Below are positions 52,957 through 64,000 of a stretch of 64,000 bases of DNA, piece by piece. Both the position numbers and the translations under genes were made by a program. Positions within the stretch are counted from its first letter, which is position 1; each line of letters starts with the position of its first letter. The notes beneath the pieces are model-generated. The model saw nothing but the letters and a program-made list of their open reading frames with translations. It ran no database searches and had not been told where the DNA came from. The DNA lies in assembly GCF_002113885.1 (NCBI RefSeq), contig NW_018406484.1, forward strand, positions 219,179-283,178, in the 5' to 3' direction. This stretch comes from Mizuhopecten yessoensis (lineage: Eukaryota).

Positions 52957-53810
52957 TAGATAGATAGATAGATATTCTTTATTTCCTCTTACATAAGAGA
53001 TTATACACATAAAGATACATTTCACATATTACAGAATATCGGGAAACATCTACAGAACAGAGATCATATCTTTCAAAAGGTGTTTAATATTGGTGGCTAC
53101 TGCTAGCATAAGTTGCTCCCATTCGTCATCTGGTAGTGATACTTTAGTTCGATCTCCAAGAAGGAAGTTTGTTTGGTCGCTTTCTTCCAAAAATGAGAAG
53201 CCAGCGTATGAATTCACATTTATACAGTCTACAACTTTCTCTAAAAACATATCTCTACTATGAAATAGGGCTGGACATTCGATGACAAAGTGTGTCACAA
53301 TATCACTACTTTCCTTCGAGCACAGTTTACAAACAACGTCAGTGTTCTCCCAAGTAAATGATAATTTGAGGATATACACTATGTCCCACGTAAACGGTCT
53401 ATATTTCAAGCTTAGAAGTAACAACGGGCTAGGGCCTCTATTCATATGAATACACCACATCTAGTTGTTTTTGCACTAAACATTTGGACGCTGCAAGCAA
53501 TAACGTATCATCCGCTAAGAAAACGCACTTCTCTAATATTTTTCCTTTACTGTTTGATTCGGTATGATTTTTATCACCAAACTACTGGGAAATTTGAGCA
53601 TTAAAATCACTCATAACAATTACAGTTCCCTCTTCAACGTATCGATCATACATATCGGATAAAATGACGATCGATTCAATATATAGACGAAAACGTAGGA
53701 GTTTGCTGTTTTAATACGAACACCAATAATCCTGTCACTTCCATCATGCAGTAACGGTGAAACACGTAGTCGTTTATTCCACAGTAAACGACTATGAGAA
53801 TTTCTCAAAA
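52957..53810 (-). mobile_element. Internally deleted non-LTR retrotransposon (EN fragment joined to C-terminal Cys/His region and 3' tail)
   Basis: EN-like LLWNKRL..SDRIIGVRI and VIVMSDFNAQ (GDFNA motif); C-terminal CKLCSKESSDIVTHFVIECPAL; 3' AATAAAG followed by (ATCT)n. Confidence 0.75.
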
Positions 53811-53857
53811 TTGTATTGATTAACGTATATGCTTTTTGTATTAATTATGAATTTTAC

Positions 53858-53922
53858 TGTAAAGCGCTTTAGAGTGGCTTATGTTAGCTAGATAGGGCGC
53901 TATATCGAATGCTGTATATTAC
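53858..53922 (+). mobile_element. L2/SINE-type 3' tail fragment
   Basis: TGTAAAGCGCTTTAGAG...AGGGCGCTATAT stem-loop tail motif. Confidence 0.55.
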
Positions 53923-54906
53923 ACCATTACATATGATACGGAACACTTCTTTCACACATATTTTAATTATTTTATCCTTACATTTACATGGTTGAGTCGT
54001 ACATCAAAGAAATGTCCATCTGATCCAAAAAAATTAGCAGTGACTTTCTGATTGACGTTTATTGAAATAGATGCTTTCATACTTCGTGTTTGTAATAATT
54101 TTCAAAGATCTTTACTAAAATTATGTGGTGTATGAAATCAGGAATTTAATACACGTTTGCCTTCCTATAACCGGATCCCTGAGTTTCAGGTCGCTTACGT
54201 CACTGCAGAAGGCTTCTGATGTTATGTAAATGTCAATCACCTTACATAGTGACGGCATAACCATAGGATTACTATAGGATTACAAAAATACATGATTAGC
54301 CGGATGTATACCATCACTGTCATCCTTTAGATGATGATAGACTTCATTGTACTGATGTTATATTGGAAAAGATCAAGCGTTGAATATTTTTTATCATTAA
54401 TGATCAACAATGACGGTGTATGTTATTAATTACATGGGGGCAAAAGGTGATGCAGAAATTACAAAAAATAACAGTTTTCAATCTTAATGTTCATTTTGCA
54501 GTATACCAATTTTATCATTTGCAATTTGTGAAAACAAGAAAAAAGGAAAAAACAATATTTTCGTGATATTGTGTTGTAATTATTTATTTTCATTCACTAG
54601 TCAAGTAATCACTGGAAACACTAAAAAAGGAAGCGCATATTTAAAAAAAAATAGGTTCAGTTGCTTTAAATAAATAAAAAAAGGAAACCCACATCAAAAG
54701 TATCCCATAACATATGTAAAATGGAGAAAATGGAATGGGTGCCTATGACATTCTTTATTGCGTTACAAACGTACAACTTTGGCTACAGAAGATGATAACA
54801 AAATAGTAAAAATATTAATATTTAGTACCTGGTAATTTCTCATCACGTAACTATATTTGGTCCCGTAATGATGTCAATGTAATACGTTATCACGGTATAA
54901 CAACAG

Positions 54907-56650
54907 TTGTCGATCCTACAAGAACATGTCCTTACCCTTTGGTCAATGTTACAATTATTGTTGATCTATAAAGAACGTGTGCTTACCCTTTGGTCAATGT
55001 TACAACTGTTGTTGATCCTTACAGAACGTGTCCTATCCCTTTTGTCATTGTTACAAATGTTATTGATATTGAAAGAACATATCCTATCCCTTTGGTCAAT
55101 GTTACAAATGTTATTGATCCTGAAAGAACATGTCCTATCCATTTGGTCACTGTTTCAATTGTTGTTGATCCTAACAGAACGTGTCCTACCTCTTTCGTAA
55201 CTGTTACAATTGTTGTTGATCCTTACAGAACCTGTCCTATCCTTTGGTGACTGTTACAGCTCTTGTCGAACCTTACAGAACGTGTCCTATCCCTTTGGTG
55301 ACTGTTAAAACTGTTGTTGATCCTTAAGGAACGTGTCATTACCCTTTGGTCAATGTTACAACTGTTGTTGATCCTTACAGAACATGTCCTATCCCTTTCG
55401 TGACTGTTACAACTGTTGTTGATCCTTACAGAACATGTCATATCCCTTTGGTCACTTTTACAACTGTTCCCGATTCCTACAGAACGTGTCCTACCTCTTT
55501 CGTAACTTTTACAATTGTTGTTGATCCTTACAGAACATGTCCTATCCCTTTCGTGACTGTTACAACTGTTGTTGATCCTTACAGAACATGTCCTATCCCT
55601 TTGGTCACTGTTACAATTGTTGTTGATCCCTACAGAACGTGTCCTATCCCTTTGGTCACTGTTACAATTGTTGTTGATCCTTACAAAACTTGTGTCCTAT
55701 CCCTTTGGTCACTGTTACAACTGTTGTTGATCCTTACAGAACGTGTCCTATCCCTTTGGTCAATGTTACAACTGGTGTTGATCCTTACAGAACGTGTCCT
55801 TACCATTTTGTCAATGTTACAGCTGTTGTTGATCCTTAAAGAGCATGTCCTATCCCTTTGGTTACAATTGTTGTTGATCCTTACAGAACTTGTGTCCTAT
55901 CCCTTTGGTGACTGTTACAGCTGTTGTCGAACCTTACAGAACGTGTCCTATCCCTTTTGTGACTGTTAAAACTGTTGTTGATCCTTACAGAACATGTCCT
56001 ATCCCTTATGTGACTGTTACAACTGTTGTTGATCCTTACAGAACGTGTCCTATCCCTTTGGTGACTGTTACAGCTGTTGTTGAACCTTACAGAACGTGTC
56101 CTATCCCTTTTGTGACTGTTAAAACTGTTGTTGATCCTTACAGAACATGTCCTATCCCTTTGGTGACGGTTAAAACTGTTGTTGATCCTTAAGGAACTTG
56201 TCATTACCCTTTGGTCAATGTTACAACTGTTGTTGATCCTTACAGAACATGTCCTATCCCTTATGTGACTGTTACAACTGTTGTTGATCCTTACAGAACA
56301 TGTCATATCCCTTTGGTCAATGTTACAACTGGTGTTGATCCTTACAGAACGTGTCCTTACCCTTTGGTCAATGTTACAGCTGTTGTTGATCCTTAAAGAA
56401 CTTGTCATATCCCTTTGGTCACTGTTACAATTGTTGTTGATCCTTACAGAACATGTCCTATCTCTTTGGTATCTGTAACCAGTTGTTGATCCTAGCGGGA
56501 AGTGATTATGGAAACAAGTTGCTGATCCTGACTGAACACGCCCTTTGGTGACTGTATCACCAGTTTCTGATCCTGACTGAACACGCCCTTTGGGGACTGT
56601 ATCACCAGTTGCTGATCATGACTGAACACGCCCTTCGGTGACTGTCGATC
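54907..56650. repeat. 51-bp minisatellite (GATCCTTACAGAACGTGTCCTATCCCTTTGGTCACTGTTACAACTGTTGTT)n, ~31 copies, grading into ~3 related 45-bp units at 56520-56650
   Basis: Unit read directly; matches the 17-aa periodicity of the DPYRTCPIPLVTVTTVV ORFs. Confidence 0.97.
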
Positions 56651-59600
56651 CGTACAGGAAATGACCTAAGCTTTTGGTGACAACATCATTCTTCATTATC
56701 GTAATACGTTACAAATATTCTGGAGGGCAGGCATAAAAACTATCACAAAAAAGGTTGCGGAACTATCAGATGAAGCTATATCTGTGAATAAATCATATGT
56801 ATATGGTCATGTTGATTCAGAGACAGCTAGCGAATCAGTTGGGATTAATATGTAGGTTTTTTTAGTTGTTTTAATGCCTGATAGGTTTGGACAGACATGT
56901 ACAGACACCATGGCGCTAGTAAACCCAGTCTGTGTATTAAACAAGGACCAGAAAACCATTAACAGATTGCATTATGTTAGCGCCTCGCAAAAGCTACATT
57001 GGATTTCTAATAAAACATATTTGAATATGCAGTTGATCTTGAATTATTGTTTTCCCCCATTGGTATTGCGATTTTATGCGATTCACATACATTGCATATC
57101 GACTCTCTCCTATATTAACTGTCTGTCGCGTTTAATCATGCCAACACCTTCATGAGAACACTGTCCAATTTGAGTCACGTTTCTGCTAAATAGAACATTT
57201 TTTACCCTTTGCCCAATAATGATATGATTTGACAAGTAAACATTGTCCACAAAATATAACCGTTAGTTTTAGAAAATAAAATCTTATAACGCGGTTACTT
57301 GTCTTTAAAAACAATTTATTAACCTTTTTTAGAAATTGGGATTACTTCAACTCTCTTTCATTAGGCAGAACAGTTGTTATTAACTCAAGGTTTATCTTAA
57401 AATTTTCAAGGTCATGGACAATCTCATCTCGCTTTGCTTAATTGTATTTCTAATTACATGCAAGCAAAAACTCCCGAAACAATTTCTCGAGTAATCCTTT
57501 ATGACACTTTTCCTCACAACAATGTATAGGTATATGCATCATTGGTTTCAGTTTCTTACTTTATCAGAGAAAGATAATGAACACGGCTACATAATACAAT
57601 TACCAATTCCATTGGAAGCTTACTCCAGAGCAGTCAACATTGGTAAAAATATGTAATAAAATGTGCGACATTCACTTAGTCTAAATCTAATCATCACATG
57701 GATGATGCCTTTTTTTGGTGATTGCTTTCAAATTCCATCCGCTCTTGAAGCGATGCATAAGATATAGATTGGTACTTAAAAATTGGCAAAAACAAAAGGC
57801 GGGCATATTAACAAAAATCCTTTGGAAAAAAAGTTTTCAATTATGACGGTAGAAGAGACTCCTTGGTGAAACAATGGACTGGATATCATGACGTCCATGG
57901 CAGCTGCTTGTGCTTTATGAGCATTCCCTCCTAAGCCCGACTACCCATTTCCCAATTTGTTTTCAACCGAACCAGTCAGTCTAAGGGCCCAACATATAGA
58001 TTTCGGATTCTCTGAATAAATCAGATGGTAATCCATTGAAGGAATACACTGTAGCTACATACTGTAGTAGAGTTCGGCAAACAATGTTTGATAGATATTG
58101 ACAAATGGAAAAATGTTGGGTTATATTGGTGTGGTGTGCCCTCGTTATTTATATCATGACCAAATCTCCTCTAAGGACCTTACTTCCGGTGTATAACGTG
58201 TTAGCCTGGTGATTTAATACCAGCGCTTTGACACGAAATCAATCTACAGTGCCACCGTTGTGGTTTTCAATGACTTTAAGTTTAAATAAAAGATGTGTTT
58301 CAGCACACCTACCATAAAAACTAGAAAGTTTTGTTTCGAAATAGATTAAAACTGACATTTGAGAATAGTCAATAACTTGTGCGTTACGGGCCCTGGGAGG
58401 CAATACAATACCCCTTCTTTGTCAATGACTACGCCATCAATTTACGTGTAGCCTTGAAACACCAACTCAGTTCATGTGCGAAAACAGCAAATTGCATCTA
58501 GCCTGTTTTAAAACATTTCTATTACATCAAGGAAAGAATTTATCAGCGGGAAATAAACGAGAAACGTCTGAACGCTAGAATGATGTACCAATACTTACAG
58601 AACAAAAGATCTACGCTTAACTAACGTAAAGAGCATATAACTCCACACCGCCTCAACACATTGCAATGATGTAAGATTGTCAGGTAAACAATGTAATCAC
58701 GTGTTCTGTATTTAATCACTTCTCCTTATACTGCGTTTACTATATATAGTAGCGTTATCAAGGAAAACATTAAAAACTTCCTACGGGATGTAAGAACTTG
58801 TGACGCCGTCACATTTTCACAGTATTTGTTGTATTACGTAGGTAGACATAACCTCAAAGCGTCAAAGCGAACGATTCAAACACGTGCCTTTTCGCACGAA
58901 ACAGTCATAAAATACAGTACATACCAACCCACACATACACGATCTAATGTGGCGAGTGTTACGACATGCCTTCAATTAAATAGTTGTTGTTGTTGGGACG
59001 GACTTGGTATAATGTATCTAAAGGTGCGATAGAGCAGCAAAAACAAATACCTGGTGGGCACAACGCTTCTAATTGCGAAAATGGAAATAATCAACTGAAT
59101 TCAAATCGACTAAATACTCTTTCATGTCATACTACCATTATCTTAACGCATTTGTGAAAGATTTTTTTTTAATATGAAATTGTGTTTTCTTTTGGAACGG
59201 ATTTACTTTTTATAAACCTAGTTATGGTGGTAATCAGTAAAATACGAGTATTTGTATCCTCGATACAATGTATGAATTTACATATATAATATATAATAGG
59301 CAATCAACAGTTTTACTAACTATATCCAAGGACGTACCTAATGGAACATACTTTTTCACTTAATTGAACAGACTTAACATCCTTGGAATATAGGTATATA
59401 GCGTTAGTTATCGGTTGGATGGTGTATTCAATGTATAGTATACAGTATACTCAACAGAGTATATTTGAAAATGCGGCTTATAAAAGAGAGTTAGGCGTGT
59501 TTGTGTTTTTATTATATTAAGGTTGTAGACTCTGCTGATAGACTTATAGTCCCCGGAGTGAGCAGTAACCTTGTACCCGGTAGCTGGGATTTATTTGTGT

Positions 59601-62600
59601 ACAGTTGACATGAAATGCTAGTTTTTGATTAAGCCTTACGTTGTATTTTTGTCACGTTATGAAGGGTTCTATATACACCTTTCGTTTTCACTGTATTATA
59701 CATTATACAGGGTCTTTTGACTTTTAGTACCACTGTTGAGTCATAAATGGACAACACGAACATAACGTAAAGTCAAAGTGTTACTTTGTACAGATTTCTG
59801 TATCGAAATATAAATAGTTCTTTCCTTACTTCATATTTCAAGTAATTGATTTTCTATTTTCATTTCATTTTTTGAGCCAGTCGTTGGATTCTGTGTGTTC
59901 AAAACACAAAAAACGCCAATATGAACGAACCAAAAGATGCTCCAAATACCTACATATTTTCTAACGCCATTTTATTTCCTCTCAATCATGTTGCCTATTT
60001 TTAAATAAAGCACATATTGAAAATCAAAATTCATATACGACTTTTAGACTCGCTATAAAATGTCATTTATTTGTCATGAACCAATATGACGCGTTCTGCT
60101 GTGAGATGTCATCTCACCCAACCCCAGAAGCGCATGTCTTTATAATATAGCTTTCACAGAAATAAGACATAAATGCGATGTTAGTGTATTTGTAATACAG
60201 CAGTCCTGACATACAACCTTACATATTAGTACCTTGAATGTTACTAACACAAGACTCCCGGTATCAACCATAACTTGTTATTGTGTAACCAACGTGTCTG
60301 CCCCCGCATCAGAACCTCGGATATTAACCTTTATACATGCACTTGCCACCAAGATGGCGTTTTCGTTAGTGGCTAATCGAATACAACCTATTAGAGAATA
60401 GAAAGCGCCTGCCCTTTCCGTGATTAACTCATATCTCCAGTATCGATTTTTATATCAATCTAACTTAGGCTGATACATCATACCCTGGTCCAAGCGTCTT
60501 ACGTATAATTGGCTCGCGCTACATGATGGAATTCTATCGATTCTGTCTTCAGGATTGTTGTGACCTATTTTGTTACGAGTACAATTACCATCCAGTTTTC
60601 TGCTGTTTCATCAGATAATTGGAATGCTGTGGACCTGAAGTGGTGAACAACTCCAGCCTATTGGGTCTTGGCACACTACTTAGATGGAACCTTGATTGGA
60701 ATAGTCTGAAATCATTATAATAATCAGTGCAGATCTGATTGGATACTAATTACAGAACAAAGAAAGGCAACCTTATTCGTTTTGTTCCATTATCAATATG
60801 AGCCACTGTTCCCCAAGTACCACATTATTTGCTCACATTCACATCAAAGACAGGTGACGTCGAAAGTAGAAATATCTCAGCGTGGCGTTTACAATGATAA
60901 TGATTAAATGGCTGACTGTAATATAAGTGTACACTGAATTTATATGTGCCAAATATTATATCGGAACACCTAACGCTCATCCCTAAGATTTTTCAAATTA
61001 GAAGTCGCGTTTACTGAAATACGTGCTGCTAACCTGTTATATTATTTTGTATATTTGTTAGCTAATAATGAGTGCAGAGTCAGCTCTTTAGGTAGGAAGT
61101 AGAATATATCTTAATAATCGAAGTAAAGTGAAAGAAGTGAAGTGAACTAAATGGACATGTTTATATCTGACTAAACCCTTATATATTCAACATGCTTCTG
61201 TAATAAGGTTCCGGGGATTTAAGACTTTTTAATATTTAATAGGAATTAGCACGCGTTGTATTATACAAAAAAATGTAAAGGAAGATTAGCGAAGATAGAT
61301 CAATTATCGATTTACTGATAAACAGTCTCGCGTTTGTAGAACATTTTTAAATTTCTGGGACTGAAGTCGATTGTTTAAAGGAAAAACATGCCCATGTATT
61401 TATATAAGTCCTTTCTTTTAACAAAGAACAGCATGACACAGGGGAGGACTTGTATAGGCATTGCCTGTTGTCTAATCCTTTTGTCAACTCAATAATATTT
61501 GTTAAAAACAAAAACAAAACATGTCGTGATCTTGCTTCAGCAAATGGATGTTCCACATGTATGTCGTAGTAAACTATACCGATCCGTGATGTCACGCAGA
61601 ACACTGATGTAGGACATTTAAATTATTTACCGTTATTGGTTAACCTACAATGACATTCTAATCAGCAGGGTTACCTGCGACCCGGATCATCTAGTTCCAT
61701 ATTGTGTTCTAACGACAGCCATAACGTTTCACGACATCAACCAGACCGGAAGTTATCTCGTAGTAAATTGTATGTTCCGGAAGCATTGACCTCTACGCTT
61801 CTCTCTCATATTCAATGTTAAATTAATGATATATTATACACATACATGTAGCTAAGGAACCCGGAAACCGGATAAAAGTTCCGTATTTTTTGTTTTTGTT
61901 TTTGTTACCTCCGTGTGAGGAGGGGTTATACAAGAGTTTAAAAAAGCGAGGTAAAAAAGGGAAAATTACAGTATGAGAGTGTGAAAAAGTGAGAGAGAAA
62001 GAAATGAACAAGTGTTGATTTGTGAAGAAAGAAAATAGAATGTGTTTCATGTATTGTGGGTTGTAGCTGGGGCAGCCCATCTCCAGACGACCCACGAATG
62101 ATGCATGCATGCCTGGGTTATTAGATGTATATATATATAAAAAAGAAAAAAAATGATATACGTAGCCGAAAAGCCATCGCATTGGTTATTCCTTTGTTTA
62201 AATCCAAAATATATATTGTGGAGTGATAACATCAGAAGCGTCTGGTGCAGTTTAACAATATTCATACATGTAAAAGCCTGAAAGTTTTAAAGTAATAAGA
62301 GAGAAATATTCATTCAGCCCTCAGTAAGTATCGGATAAGGCTATTTAAAATCGTTTCCATTAGGTTGAGATTTGCTCATCTCGCCCCCGTGGGGGTAAAG
62401 AGTCTATTAATCTTTCATGGGAGTTCCAAATGGGGTATGTAAGTTTTACGAGACACACACAGCCTTCGTGAGTGTTCAGCATGGAATACATCTTCTTTTT
62501 ACCACATGTAAAGATGGCAAAACGTTGTTTATGACCGTCCTCAACTTATCAACGGCATGTCCCTGAAGTCTATGACGTAACATATACTGTCCTAATATTC

Positions 62601-64000
62601 ACATCCTAATTGAAGTACCTATGACGTCGTTATCGTTCAGTCAAAATGCAAATTAACCACAGTATGACATTGTAACTATAAAACCCTTCAAAATGTAGAT
62701 GACATTAATATTAGCTATGATCCATGGCCGACGTGTTGACGTTATAATTGACATTCCCTTGAAGATTGTTGTTCTCTTAATTATACAAGCATAAATGAAA
62801 CATACGATTATTAAAACAAAATGCTGAATATGGAAGAAGAATATATTTGAGAAAAAATAACTTTAAAAAGGTTTTTGTATAAGCATTGAACTGGTGTCAG
62901 TTTACATACATTTGCAATGTTTAACACGTGATAAAATAACATCATGGACATATTCATTGCAAAACAAAAGAGTGAAAAAGTGTTCAGCAGCTACAATCAG
63001 GCTGCCGTAGAGAGGCACGAGAGAATCGTGTCATTCTATAGGGGTCAAAGCTTGGTCAACCTTCAGATTCAGGTATTATGAGTTGGGAAACTTTCATTTT
63101 ATGTTCAGTCATGTTCAGTTACTTCTTATAATCTATATTGCATGTGTCTGAGGAAAGTCTAACTTCCACCCTCCACCCCTATATTTTAACACTGGTACAA
63201 AATAATAGCATTTTCGATGTACAGGCCTTATATAAACTTAATAAACAAATACGAAAGGACTTTTACTCGTGAATGTTACACTGTTCGGGTTTTTCTATCA
63301 TTCTATCAGTGTTATAGGGAAAAAGTCATGACGTGACGTCAAACTCAAATTAAGTGGGAAATGCACGAATGGTTTCCAATGGACGCATAACGCCTGAGGG
63401 AACTGGTAACCATAGCAAACACGATAGTGTTCCCGCCTAAATGTCTGCTTCGCCATTCGGTAAAACTGTGTTTAAAATTCGTCCTGGCAAAAAAAGTACT
63501 CAAAGAGGTGATTTGTTTCTGTTTTTAACGTTTATATAAAGATCAAATGCATCGTTTTAACAGTTCTAACATATTCCATGATGTTTATCTCTAGTGCACC
63601 CTGGGGAATATGTTTCAAAGTGTTATGATATTGCATAGCATCATTAATGTTTAAAAGCCATTTCAATCCTTAATAATTAAAAAAAATGCATTTAACAACG
63701 ATCGATAATGATGGAATATCACAACAAACTAGCGTCCTTGAAATAAAAAGTAGTGGAAGATTTTCTCAAAATCGGCAGCCATTTTCTGTGAAATGTATTT
63801 GAAATGAAGATCAGTAATGTCGTTTTCGTACAGGAGTTCGAAGAAGTTAAGGAAAAATACTAAAACCCTTTGTCAATTCATCGCTTTGTGTAAGGTAAAG
63901 AAGACATACTTCTATTTTTTGCAGCCATTGCAAGATTGCTGAACGTCAGCCTATTTGGTCGTTAACATAGACGTGGGTAAAGTGTGGGGTCAAGGAAGAC

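Noticed and set aside
54907-56478. Mucin-like or Leu-rich ORFs
   Set aside because: Translations of the 51-bp minisatellite, with frameshifts and open frames on both strands.
2272-63341. Multiple TGACGTCA (CRE) sites as evidence of activity-dependent regulation
   Set aside because: The sites are scattered, several lie inside repeats, and the promoter is not located.

Overview
This is AT-rich animal genomic DNA; the repeat content looks molluscan, probably bivalve (inference). It is not prokaryotic, and there are no operons or CRISPR arrays. The only well-supported host gene is a minus-strand synaptotagmin-4/11-type gene. Three coding exons can be placed exactly: 43665-42866 (TM + C2A), 28091-27968 and 21784-21477 (C2B). 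All have GT-AG boundaries and compatible phases (1,0,1), and C2A carries the diagnostic Asp->Ser change. The short first coding exon could not be placed with confidence. The rest is intron or intergenic DNA containing about ten unrelated minisatellite arrays (roughly 12 kb), decayed non-LTR retrotransposons, tRNA- and Nin/Deu-type SINE pieces, Crypton-like non-autonomous elements and foldback palindromes. Almost all long ORFs in the track are tandem-repeat artefacts. I cannot confirm a wholly new biological system. The best leads are: a minimal hammerhead-ribozyme motif between two (TA)n tracts (5348-5388); a Crypton recombinase remnant (4126-4688); a tandem splice acceptor in the Syt4 C2A-C2B linker; a perfectly homogenised 138-bp higher-order repeat; and a single N that coincides with a missing RT core, suggesting an assembly gap.
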